Shown here piece after piece: positions 1-8,405 of a stretch of 64,000 nt of DNA (position 1 is the stretch's first letter; every line of letters begins with the position of its first letter). Below the pieces are notes generated by a model. The model saw only the letters and a list, made by a program, of their open reading frames with translations, was not told the DNA's origin and did no database searches. Both the position numbers and the translations under genes were made by a program. The stretch spans positions 288,858 to 352,857 of the forward strand of contig JBBPII010000005.1 of the NCBI GenBank assembly GCA_038040385.1, in the 5' to 3' direction. Source of the DNA: Candidatus Gilichinskyi gelida. Lineage in GTDB: Bacteria; Acidobacteriota; Thermoanaerobaculia; Gp7-AA8.

Positions 1-161
1 TCGTATTCGAGTGCCAACTCAATCCTCGTAGGGCCAGGCGGTGCTTTCGCTGCCTCACTCCGCTACTTCTGGTCAGCACGTTCGAAGCTCTTCCCCACAC
101 CGCCTCCCCCCGCCTCCCCCAAACACCTTTCGCTCGCAGAACTCGATTCCTTCACACCCTC

Positions 162-1139
162 TCAGGATGACGCGGAGCCCCGGTAGATCTCGCGCACCCA
201 GGCCGCGTCGGACTCGCTCAACGCCTCTCCGCACGACGCCGCGGCGTCCACCTGCCGGCGGTTGCGCTGCCCGAGGAGCACACACGCCGTGGGGTTGCCG
301 GCGAGGAGCGCGCCGGTGAGCGCGCAGATCACCGGCTCGGGCGTTCCGGCGAAGCGCTTCGTCACCGCCTCGCGCGCGCGCTGCATCCGGGCGATGACCT
401 CGGCATCGTCGAACCCGGCGACGCCGCTGCGGAAGTCGCCCTCGGGAAATGTCTGCGGCGCGTCGTACTTGCCGAGCAGCAAGCCATGTTTGAGCGGTGA
501 GAAGAAGGCGACGCCGAGGTCGTGGTCGTCGACGGTTTTCTTCAGACCGCTGGCCTCGTAGTCGTCGTCGATCACGTTGCGATAGGGCTGCACGACATCG
601 GGATCGACGCGCTCGATGAACTTCATGATCTTGCGCGCGTTCCAGTCGGAGAGGCCGACGAAGCGTACCTTCCCCTCCTCGCGCAGCTTCCGCATCGTGG
701 CCAGCGCGTCGTCGAAATAGACGTCGTTCGGGCCGAAGTCGCAGTGATGGAAGTAGTAGAGATCGATGACGTCGGTGCGCAGGTTGCGCAGCGACTGCTC
801 GCATTGCGCGCGCATGAATCCCGCGTCGTAGACGTGATCGTGCGGGCCTTTGACCCAGCCGAACTTCGTGGCCAGGAAGATGTCCTCGCGCGGCAAACCC
901 TCGGCGAACACCTCGCCGATGAGCGTCTCGGCGTGGCCGGCGCCGTAGGCGTCTGCCGTGTCCCAATGGCGGATGCCGGCGCGATGCGCTTCGACCAGCG
1001 CCTCTTTCGCCTGCCGGTCGTCGTGGCCGCTCCAGCCGACGGAGACGCCGTTGTTGACGTTCGGCCCGCCGTGGCCCCAAGTGCCGAGACTGATGGCGGA
1101 GACGTCGACGTTGGTGCGTCCGAAGCGGACCATGCGCAT
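162..1139 (-). CDS. aldo/keto reductase family oxidoreductase
   Basis: 325-aa ORF with AKR hallmarks (DTADAYG, IGEVF, FLATKFG, LYYFHHCD motifs); TIM-barrel reductase family. Confidence 0.85.
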   Translation of the reverse strand: MRMVRFGRTNVDVSAISLGTWGHGGPNVNNGVSVGWSGHDDRQAKEALVEAHRAGIRHWDTADAYGAGHAETLIGEVFAEGLPREDIFLATKFGWVKGPHDHVYDAGFMRAQCEQSLRNLRTDVIDLYYFHHCDFGPNDVYFDDALATMRKLREEGKVRFVGLSDWNARKIMKFIERVDPDVVQPYRNVIDDDYEASGLKKTVDDHDLGVAFFSPLKHGLLLGKYDAPQTFPEGDFRSGVAGFDDAEVIARMQRAREAVTKRFAGTPEPVICALTGALLAGNPTACVLLGQRNRRQVDAAASCGEALSESDAAWVREIYRGSASS

Positions 1140-1171
1140 GGCGGGCGGATGCTACACTGCCCGACCGTCCG

Positions 1172-2923
1172 ATGCGCGTCCTCCTGGCTCACTTGAAGCC
1201 TTACAAAGTGGCGGTCGCGGTGACGCTGCTCCTGGCGACCGTCAATCAGATCCTGCTGCTGATCGAGCCGCAGATCCTCCGCGTGATGGTCGACCGATAC
1301 GTCATGCGCGCCGCGTCATTGACGCCGCAGCAGTTCTTCCGGGGCGTGGCCGGACTGGTCCTCGCCGCGGTGATCATCGCGCTCGTGGCGCGCGTGGTGC
1401 GCAGCTTCCAGGAGTTCTCGATTCAGGCGGTGGCCCATCGGGTCGGCGCGGCCCTCTACTCCGACGTCCTGGCGCACGCCCTCCTCCTGCCGTATCGCGT
1501 GCTGGAAGACCAGCGCTCGGGCGAACTGCTGGAGCGGATGGAGCGCGCGCGCGCCGATTCACGCGGGGCGGTAGTGCAAATCGTCCAGATCTATCTCGCC
1601 GCGCTGGCGTTGGTCGCGGTCACGCTGTACGCGTTCCACGTCCACTGGGGGCTCGGGACGCTGTTCCTGATCATCGTTCCGCTTCTGGGGGTGATCACTC
1701 TGGGCATCACCGCGCCGATCAAGCGCCAACAGCGCATTCTCGCCGCGGAGGAGTCGTCGCTGGCCGGCGCGGCGACCGAGACGATGCGCAACATCGAGCT
1801 GGTCAAGAGCCTCGGCCTCGAGCGGCAGGAGATCGCGCGCTTGCGCGAGGTGAACGACCGGATCATCGGCCTGGAAAAGCGCAAGTTGAAACTCGTTCGG
1901 CTGTTCACGTTCGGCGAGGGAACGGCGATCAACGTCGCGCGCGCCGCGCTCCTGCTGACGATGCTTTGGCTCGTCTACCAGCGGGCCATCACCACCGGCG
2001 AGTTTCTGACGCTGTTCCTCTACTCGCAGAGCGTCTTCAACCCGCTCGCCGACCTCGGCCTCATCGTGGCGCGGCAGCAGGAGGTGCGGGCCACGATGGA
2101 GACGGTCGGGGAGATGCTCGACCTGCCGGCGGAGGCGCGGGCGGCGGCGACGGAGCGCGTCGCGCCGCTGTCGGAGATCACGTTCGAGAACGTCACGCTG
2201 CGCCACGGCGAGCGCATCACGGCGCTCGACGGAATCGATCTGCAACTGCGCAGCGGCGAGACGGTGGGGTTCGTCGGACCGTCGGGCGCCGGGAAATCGT
2301 CGATCGTCAAGTTACTGGTAGGACTGTACTTGCCGACGGACGGACGGCTGCGCTGGAACGGCGTCGACATGCGCCAGCTCGACCTCGCCGACCTGCGCCA
2401 GCGCGTCGGCGTCGTCACCCACGACACCTACCTCTTCGCCGGAACCGTGCGCGACAACCTCCGCTTCGTCAGCCCCTCCGCCACCGACGAGGAATGCCTC
2501 GAGGCGCTCGCCTGCGCCGCGGCGCTGCCGATCATCGAGGCGGGCGGCGGCGGCCTCGACACGCGCATCGGCGAAGGGGGGATGAAGCTCTCCGGCGGCG
2601 AGCGGCAGCGCATCGCCATCGCCCGCGCGCTGCTGCGCAAGCCGGAGCTGATCGTCTTCGACGAGGCCACGAGCAATCTCGACTCGACCACCGAGCGCGC
2701 CATCACCTCGACCATGCGCGACGTCGGGAGGACTGCGCGGATGACCATCATCGTCGCGCACCGGCTGTCGACGGTCGTGCACGCCGACCGCATCGTGGTC
2801 CTCGAGCGCGGCCGCATCATCGAGTCGGGCTCGCACGACTCTCTCATCGCTTCGGGCGGCCTTTACGCGGCGATGTGGCGGGAGCAGAGCGAACGCCCAG
2901 CACACGCCATGCAGGGCGTTTGA
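1172..2923 (+). CDS. ABC transporter, fused permease/ATP-binding subunit (MsbA-like exporter)
   Basis: 583 aa; N-terminal 6-TM exporter domain; Walker A GPSGAGKSS, ABC signature LSGGERQR, Walker B LIVFDEAT, H-loop. Confidence 0.85.
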   Translation: MRVLLAHLKPYKVAVAVTLLLATVNQILLLIEPQILRVMVDRYVMRAASLTPQQFFRGVAGLVLAAVIIALVARVVRSFQEFSIQAVAHRVGAALYSDVLAHALLLPYRVLEDQRSGELLERMERARADSRGAVVQIVQIYLAALALVAVTLYAFHVHWGLGTLFLIIVPLLGVITLGITAPIKRQQRILAAEESSLAGAATETMRNIELVKSLGLERQEIARLREVNDRIIGLEKRKLKLVRLFTFGEGTAINVARAALLLTMLWLVYQRAITTGEFLTLFLYSQSVFNPLADLGLIVARQQEVRATMETVGEMLDLPAEARAAATERVAPLSEITFENVTLRHGERITALDGIDLQLRSGETVGFVGPSGAGKSSIVKLLVGLYLPTDGRLRWNGVDMRQLDLADLRQRVGVVTHDTYLFAGTVRDNLRFVSPSATDEECLEALACAAALPIIEAGGGGLDTRIGEGGMKLSGGERQRIAIARALLRKPELIVFDEATSNLDSTTERAITSTMRDVGRTARMTIIVAHRLSTVVHADRIVVLERGRIIESGSHDSLIASGGLYAAMWREQSERPAHAMQGV

Positions 2924-2930
2924 GCGCGTC

Positions 2931-3463
2931 TCAGCGGAATATCACCCATCCGTCGGCAGTCACGCGCCAGCCGAGCCGCGCCTGATGCGGCTCCAGTCTC
3001 TGCATCACCCGGACTGTGAAGCCGTTCCGGCCGGTTCCCACTCGGGCCCTGTCGATGCCTGGAAGGGCGGAAGCATAGGCGACGAAATCCATAATCATGA
3101 TCGGTGAGTAGCCGTGACCACCGGCCCACTCGGCGACCGCCGTCGAGAAGGCGTGCAACGCGGTTCCGCGACGCTGAAAAAAAGATGGCCCATCACCGTT
3201 CCTTCGGTGACGTAGAGAAGGCCGTCATATCCGAGCGTCAGCAGAAGATGAAAGAGCAGCGGAGGAGGGAGTTTCCGTAGCCATCGCGTCTTCGCCGCAA
3301 AGGTGCCCGCGGGATCGGGGTTGCGGATCCACCACGTGACGTACTCTCGAACGGCCGCCGGCCGATGCGCACGCAGAAGCACGGGCGCCGGCACGCTCGC
3401 CGTCAAAGCGCCTTCGGGCAGCACCTCGGTCGCGAGCCATCGCAGGCCGCTCAGGTCGTTCAT
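2931..3463 (-). pseudogene. GNAT family N-acetyltransferase, frameshifted at an A7/T7 homopolymer
   Basis: ORFs 3095..3463(-) and 2931..3158(-) are two frames of one gene. Adding one T in the T7 run (plus-strand A-run 3177..3183) gives ...GHLFFQRRGTALHAFSTAVAEWAGGHGYS..., a canonical GNAT motif A (Q/R-x-x-G-x-G/A). The ATG overlaps the upstream PIG-L stop as ATGA. Confidence 0.55.
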
Positions 3464-4236
3464 TGCCCGGGACGCGCCACGGCCTCGAGCGCAGAGAGAA
3501 CCGGCAGGACGTGCTGCCGGTAGCGAATGACCTCGCGATAACGCCCCTCGCCGACACGCATCTCGCCGTACTCCTCGTACCGCGGCGGGGTGACGGCGAA
3601 TTCGCTCATCTTCTTTTGCAGGGAACTAGGACGCAGATGCTCCGAGGCAAACGCGGCGGCGCCGGCGCGAGCCAGCGCCGCCTCGACCTCGTCGCGCATT
3701 TCCGGATACTCCCGTGCCGCGGCGATCTTCCGTTCGAGAGCCGGCGGGTCGAGATCGACCACCAACGCGCCGTCTCCCGAATCCTCCCCGGTGACTCCGT
3801 CGTGAAGAGAGAACTCATAGTTGCGCAAGACTCGGCCCCGGCGCGTCGCGATCAGCCCGACCGCCGCGTCGATCAATGCACGGCAGACGTCGTGAACGGG
3901 ATTGAAGCCTTCCATCGCGTCTCCTGCCACGCAGGTGACATCGGCGCCGGCCAGGTGTTCCGCCAGCTCGTGCAGCAGCGCGAGGAACACGTCCGCACGC
4001 CCGTCGAGGAGAAGCCGGTAGGCCTCCTTGTCGGAGAAGCGGCCATGAATCCGGCCGGGTGCCGCGCCGACCCGCTGAAGGAGGCGGTCGGTCGACTCGA
4101 TGCGTGCGCTTCCCGCGCCGCCCGATCCCTCGGTCAGACAGAAATAAAGGGGGCGATGAAGCTCCATCCAACGGTGAACCACGAGCTCATGCCCGGGATG
4201 GGCAACGACCAACGCCATCTTTTCGCCATCGGCCAT
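3460..4236 (-). CDS. PIG-L/LmbE family N-acetylglucosaminyl deacetylase
   Basis: 258 aa; N-terminal LVVAHPGHELV matches the PIG-L/LmbE AHPDDE motif region; has the zinc-ligand His/Asp pattern. Confidence 0.6.
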   Translation of the reverse strand: MADGEKMALVVAHPGHELVVHRWMELHRPLYFCLTEGSGGAGSARIESTDRLLQRVGAAPGRIHGRFSDKEAYRLLLDGRADVFLALLHELAEHLAGADVTCVAGDAMEGFNPVHDVCRALIDAAVGLIATRRGRVLRNYEFSLHDGVTGEDSGDGALVVDLDPPALERKIAAAREYPEMRDEVEAALARAGAAAFASEHLRPSSLQKKMSEFAVTPPRYEEYGEMRVGEGRYREVIRYRQHVLPVLSALEAVARPGQ

Positions 4237-4265
4237 GTGCGGGAGCGGATGTTACGCTACCGGCG

Positions 4266-5393
4266 ATGATCGCTCCTCCCGAAGCGCGGCGCGTGCTGAT
4301 CGCCACCATCGGTCTGATGGGCCGCGGCGGCACCGACGTCTACACGCGCGACCTGGCGCTCGCGCTCCTGCGCCGCGGATGGCTTCCGATCATCTATACG
4401 ACCATCGCCGGCCCGTTCGCGGAGGAGCTTCGCGCGGCGACTGTGCCGATCGTCAACAGTATCGACGCGGTCGGCGCGCCGCCGGATGTCATTCACGGCC
4501 ACCACCACGTCGAGACGCTGGTGGCGATGGCACGTTTTCCCGGCGTGCCGGCGCTCTTCGTGAGCCACGACGCGATCACCTGGCACTCCGTTCCGCCCCG
4601 GTCGCCGCGGATCGGCGCGTACGTGGCGGTGGACCGCAACTGCCGCGATCGAATGATCTTCGAGCATGGGATCGCCGAGCAGCGAATCCGAGTGATGGGC
4701 AACGCCGTTGACTTGCGGCGATTCACGCCGAGGCCGCCGCTGCCGACCCGGCCGGCGCGTGCCCTGGCGTTCAGCAACGCTGTCACTGCGAACAACTGGG
4801 GAGCGACCCTGCGCTCGGCGTGCCGGCAGCGCGGCATCACCCTCGATCTGGCCGGCTCCGCCGCGGATTCCTTCGTCGATCGCCCGGAGGAGCTCCTTCC
4901 GCGGTACGACCTCGTCTTCGGCAAGGCGCGCTGCGCGCTGGAAGCGATGGCCTCCGGCGCCGCGGTCATCGTCTGCGACGAGCGCGGCCTGTCGGGGATG
5001 GTGACCAGCGGCGACTTGCCGGCCGCACGGCAGCTCAATTTCGGCGCGCGCACGCTGCAGCGGCCCATCACCGTTGAAAACATCCTGCGCGAAATCGATC
5101 GCTATGATCCCGCCGACGCCGCGCGCGTTTCCGCTCACATTCGGGCCTCCGCGGACGTCGATCTCCTCGCCGGCGAGTTCATCGAGTTGTACGAGGAGCT
5201 GATCGCCGCCAAGCTCTCCCTGCCGCCGGAGGACGAGTTGCGCGCCATGGCCGCCTCGCTCGAGCGTCTTCTACCGCTGCTTCATGGACGCCCCACTCCG
5301 CCCGGACGCCTACGGTGGCGTCTCGCCAATTCCAGGATGCTCGCCTACCCCGCGAGGCTTCTGCATCAACTGAAGCGCCGGCTCGGAGTCTGA
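4266..5393 (+). CDS. glycosyltransferase family 4 (GT-B, retaining)
   Basis: Start taken as ATG at 4266 (MIAPPEARRVLIATIGLMGRGGTDVYTRDLALAL...); C-terminal ...FGKARCALEAMASGAAVIVCDERG... is the GT4 E-x7-E region. Confidence 0.7.
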   Translation: MIAPPEARRVLIATIGLMGRGGTDVYTRDLALALLRRGWLPIIYTTIAGPFAEELRAATVPIVNSIDAVGAPPDVIHGHHHVETLVAMARFPGVPALFVSHDAITWHSVPPRSPRIGAYVAVDRNCRDRMIFEHGIAEQRIRVMGNAVDLRRFTPRPPLPTRPARALAFSNAVTANNWGATLRSACRQRGITLDLAGSAADSFVDRPEELLPRYDLVFGKARCALEAMASGAAVIVCDERGLSGMVTSGDLPAARQLNFGARTLQRPITVENILREIDRYDPADAARVSAHIRASADVDLLAGEFIELYEELIAAKLSLPPEDELRAMAASLERLLPLLHGRPTPPGRLRWRLANSRMLAYPARLLHQLKRRLGV

Positions 5394-5791
5394 TGACCTG
5401 CGTCTTCTGCACCGACGTCCGCAACGCCGGCGAGGTCGTCGCCGAAGACGACAAGCTGTGGATCGTGCTGCACCATGACTGGGCCGTGCGCGGGCACGCC
5501 ATGGTGGTGTGGAAGAAGCACGTGGAGAACGTTGCCGACCTGACCCTCGACGAATACGTGCACTTCGCCGCCGCCCATCACCGCGCCGAGCGCGCGCTGC
5601 TGGCGGCGACCGGCGCGGAGCGGGCAATCATCATCAAGCTGGGCATCGCCACGCCGCACCTGCACATCCACATCTATCCCGTTGCGGCGGCGCTCGACCG
5701 CGCGGCGGTGATGGAGATCATCGAGGCGCGTGTGCGCCAGCCGGTCGACGAGACCTTCATCGCGGAGCTGCGGGAGCGGCTCGCCCCTTGA
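5394..5791 (+). CDS. HIT family hydrolase
   Basis: Histidine-triad motif HLHIHIYP; ATG at 5394 follows the GT4 stop directly (TGATG), so the two are likely co-transcribed. Confidence 0.75.
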
Positions 5792-5823
5792 CATCGCGGC
5801 TAGACTGAATGAGCATTCATTCA
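5788..5823 (+). promoter_or_regulatory. putative tetR promoter/operator: -35 TTGACA (5788..5793) and perfect 7-bp inverted repeat TGAATGA-gcat-TCATTCA (5806..5823)
   Basis: The palindrome sits immediately upstream of, or overlapping, the TetR start codons (ATG 5809 or 5827). TetR regulators typically bind such operators in their own promoter. Confidence 0.4.
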
Positions 5824-6435
5824 CCCATGGCCAAGCAGTCCGTCGCTCCTCCCGAAATCGCCCGTGGCACCACGAAACGCGAGCGCATCCTCCGCGCCGC
5901 GATCGACGTCTTCGCCCAGAACGGCTACTTCAACGCCAAGGTCTCCGATGTCGCCAAGGCCGCCGGCGTCGCCGACGGCACGATCTACCTGTACTTCGAC
6001 GGCAAGGAAGACCTGCTCGTCAACATCTTCCGCGACCACGCGCGCAACTATCTGCAGTCGCTGGAGCGCGAGCTGGCGCACGTCCGCCACGCCGAGGACC
6101 GCATCCGCATCGCCATCCGGCACCATCTGGAGACCCTGGGCCGCGACCGCGCGCTGGCCATCGTCGCCCAGGTGGAGCTGCGGCACAGCCTGAAGTTCAT
6201 GAGCCTCCTCTCGCAGCAGGAAGTGGCCGACTACCTGAACATGCTGCGCAAGATCGTCGAGCATGGGCAGTCCGATGGGAGCTTCCGCCGCAACCTCCAC
6301 CCCCAGCTCGTGGCCAAGGCCATCTTCGGCGTGCTCGATGAGATGGTGACGTCGTGGATGCTCTCGGAGAAGGACTACAACCTCGGCGACAGCTCGGAGC
6401 AGGTGTCGGAGCTGCTGTTGACAGGGCTGCTGTAG
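5809..6435 (+). CDS. TetR/AcrR family transcriptional regulator
   Basis: N-terminal HTH RERILRAAIDVFAQNGYFNAKVSDVAKAAGVADGTIYLYF. The alternative start ATG 5827 (MAKQSV...) would leave the palindrome fully upstream. Confidence 0.85.
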   Translation: MSIHSPMAKQSVAPPEIARGTTKRERILRAAIDVFAQNGYFNAKVSDVAKAAGVADGTIYLYFDGKEDLLVNIFRDHARNYLQSLERELAHVRHAEDRIRIAIRHHLETLGRDRALAIVAQVELRHSLKFMSLLSQQEVADYLNMLRKIVEHGQSDGSFRRNLHPQLVAKAIFGVLDEMVTSWMLSEKDYNLGDSSEQVSELLLTGLL

Positions 6436-6504
6436 CTAGCCACGAGGGCGATTCGACAATAGATTGTTCACGTGCACAGCCAGTTGAATCCAAACGGCGG
6501 AGGG

Positions 6505-6915
6505 ATGATGCGACAAAAACGAGCCATCGTGCTGTTGGCGCTAGCGTTAGCTTCCTGCACGTCCGCGCAGGACATGATGGACGCAGCGCGAGCGGCTAAC
6601 CGATCAAAGCTCATTCAACTTCAGCCAGGAATGGACCGCGAAACCGTCCTGCGAACGATGGGAACCACTCCGATGAAGATACGTGACCTCGGCTCTGTCG
6701 TGGCCACGATCAACAATCCGTTCCGGACGGAAATGTATCAGGCAAACGGGCACCGGTTCGAAATCCTGTACTACTACACGGACCTGAAAAGCGGCGATGG
6801 CGGAATCACAGATGACGAACTCACCCCGCTCCTCATCAAAGACGGCGTTCTCGATGGATGGGGATGGTCATACCTCAAAGACGTCAGCGCGAAGTATGAG
6901 ATTCGGATTCGATGA
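6505..6915 (+). CDS. lipoprotein, DUF3192-like
   Basis: Signal peptide plus lipobox (LALASC); C-terminal ...ILYYYTDLKSGDGGITDDELTPLLIKDGVLDGWGW...; SD GGAGGG upstream; lies in a lower-GC segment. Confidence 0.5.
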   Translation: MMRQKRAIVLLALALASCTSAQDMMDAARAANRSKLIQLQPGMDRETVLRTMGTTPMKIRDLGSVVATINNPFRTEMYQANGHRFEILYYYTDLKSGDGGITDDELTPLLIKDGVLDGWGWSYLKDVSAKYEIRIR

Positions 6916-6994
6916 CCGATGAGTCGATGACAACCGCCTCCCACCTGTTACAGCTTCACAATCCGAACTAGGGGAGACATATACTTGACTCATC

Positions 6995-7939
6995 GTGCGG
7001 GAGGCGCTCAGCACGAGCGGGGATTTCTACCACAACTTCTTGCGGATTCTTCATCCGAATACCGACGTGCCGGGGGTAAAGCCTGTGGCTTTTTTGGAGC
7101 TGTACTTCGATGAAAGCGGCCATTCCGCCGATAAGGCATACATTGTCATGGCCGGATACATTGCACCGGCAGAGCGATGGTTGGGTTTCGCGGATGAATG
7201 GAATGCTGCCCTTGTGGTGGCTGGCGTTTGCCGCACGGATGGAACCGCTGGCGAATTTCACATGACCGACTTCGAGGCCAAACGCGGGGCGTTTAGCGGA
7301 TGGACGGAAGAGCCGCGTAGGTCTCTTTTGGGCAACCTTATGGGCATTATTGATAACCATCAGCTGCACGCAACTGGATTCGTCGTTTCAACCGCATGGT
7401 GGAAAACGATTAGCTGGAAGGACGAGCATCCCAATCACAAACCCCTAGAAGATCCCTATCACCACGTGATGCAAAACGCCATTGCTACCGCCTTGACTAT
7501 GACGAATCATCAGGACGTGGCGCCTGACTTGTTTTCACCGGATGGTGTGGCGTGCGTGTTCGCACCGCAAGAAGAATTCGAGCCTAAGGCTGCTCAATAT
7601 ATGGCGGCCATGGCCCACTTCCTCACCGTGTTAGCCGCGCCCACCGTCACGAGTATTACATTTGCCTTGACGAACATGCCGCAACTGCAAGCTGCCGATA
7701 TCGTGGCATTCGAGCTACGCTGGCGACTTACCTGCCCGAATATTGACAGGTGGCCAATGCGTCAGATTCTCAAAAGTGGGCGTGGCAAGTTTGCTGGACT
7801 GCCGACCGGCATTCTTGCGAATGCGAACCTCGGGAGGGTAGAGCCAATCGAATTCCCAACTCAGGTGCTACAGGCTAGCGATTCGTTGGCGAAGAAATTG
7901 ATTCCGAAGCGCCAACGGAAGCGAAAGCAAGGAATCTAA
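6995..7939 (+). CDS. DUF3800-like protein (conserved N-terminal F-D-E-S-G motif)
   Basis: ...LELYFDESGHSADKAYIVMAGYIA... matches the DUF3800 N-terminal DE motif. The true start may be GTG near 7084 (VAFLELYFDESG); lower-GC region; no other recognisable domain. Confidence 0.45.
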   Translation: MREALSTSGDFYHNFLRILHPNTDVPGVKPVAFLELYFDESGHSADKAYIVMAGYIAPAERWLGFADEWNAALVVAGVCRTDGTAGEFHMTDFEAKRGAFSGWTEEPRRSLLGNLMGIIDNHQLHATGFVVSTAWWKTISWKDEHPNHKPLEDPYHHVMQNAIATALTMTNHQDVAPDLFSPDGVACVFAPQEEFEPKAAQYMAAMAHFLTVLAAPTVTSITFALTNMPQLQAADIVAFELRWRLTCPNIDRWPMRQILKSGRGKFAGLPTGILANANLGRVEPIEFPTQVLQASDSLAKKLIPKRQRKRKQGI

Positions 7940-8085
7940 GCAGTTCGTCCCATCAACCGGGCCCGTTGGAGTTCTTGACGTGCGGCGTTCCGAGCCTTCG
8001 TGCGATTGATTCGCCACCAGGTTTCCCCCCGTCGAATGTGCTGCGCCGCGAGATCGCTGATTTCGATCGGAAGCCCATCGGTCAT
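7936..8085 (-). CDS. small ORF, possibly a truncated toxin-like gene
   Basis: 49 aa, MTDGLPIEISDLAAQHIRRGETWW...; 4-bp overlap with the upstream small gene; too short for a full RelE/ParE toxin. Confidence 0.2.
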   Translation of the reverse strand: MTDGLPIEISDLAAQHIRRGETWWRINRTKARNAARQELQRARLMGRTA

Positions 8086-8303
8086 TCGCGGCTTTGCATC
8101 TCTCGGATGAGGTCCTCGGCAGAAATGGTCTCGCCGCGCTCGCACTGAGCGATCGACTGAAGGAGAACTCTCTTCAGCTCATCGGTGACCTCGAACGTCT
8201 CCTCGTGATCCTCCGCGAGCAGCGTAACCTCAGCGCCCTCAGGAAGTTCGCCTTCGTAGACAATCTGGCCGTGAACGACTTTCCCCGACGCGATTCGCAT
8301 TTC
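8082..8303 (-). CDS. small antitoxin-like protein (swapped-hairpin/DUF104-like N-terminus)
   Basis: 73 aa, MRIASGKVVHGQIVYEGELPEGAEVTLLAEDHEE...; its stop overlaps the downstream ORF start by ATGA. Confidence 0.3.
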   Translation of the reverse strand, partial: EMRIASGKVVHGQIVYEGELPEGAEVTLLAEDHEETFEVTDELKRVLLQSIAQCERGETISAEDLIREMQSRE

Positions 8304-8340
8304 CGTTGATTCTAGCCTGAATCGGCCACATCGCTGTCCA

Positions 8341-8402
8341 GGACCGCCGCCCCTCAACGCAGGCGGGACGCCTGCGGGCCAGCCGGCGAGGACGCCGGCG
8401 TT
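8341..8402. repeat. repeat family B (GC-rich palindromic element), short copy B1
   Basis: ...GCAGGCGGGACGCCTGCGGGCCAGCCGGCGAGGACGCCGGCGTTCC... matches the right half of the family B consensus; lies 3' of the desaturase gene. Confidence 0.55.
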
Positions 8403-8405
8403 CCC

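Noticed and set aside
100-175. Degenerate family A-like sequence (…CCTTTCGCTCGC…CTCTCAGGATGAC) 3' of the AKR gene
   Set aside because: Only the outer arm motif is recognisable and the internal palindrome is not intact; too divergent to call a copy with confidence
73-1080. 335-aa minus-strand ORF overlapping the aldo/keto reductase gene
   Set aside because: Arg/Ala/Gly-rich low-complexity translation typical of an alternative frame in ~68% GC DNA; the overlapping frame encodes a recognisable AKR
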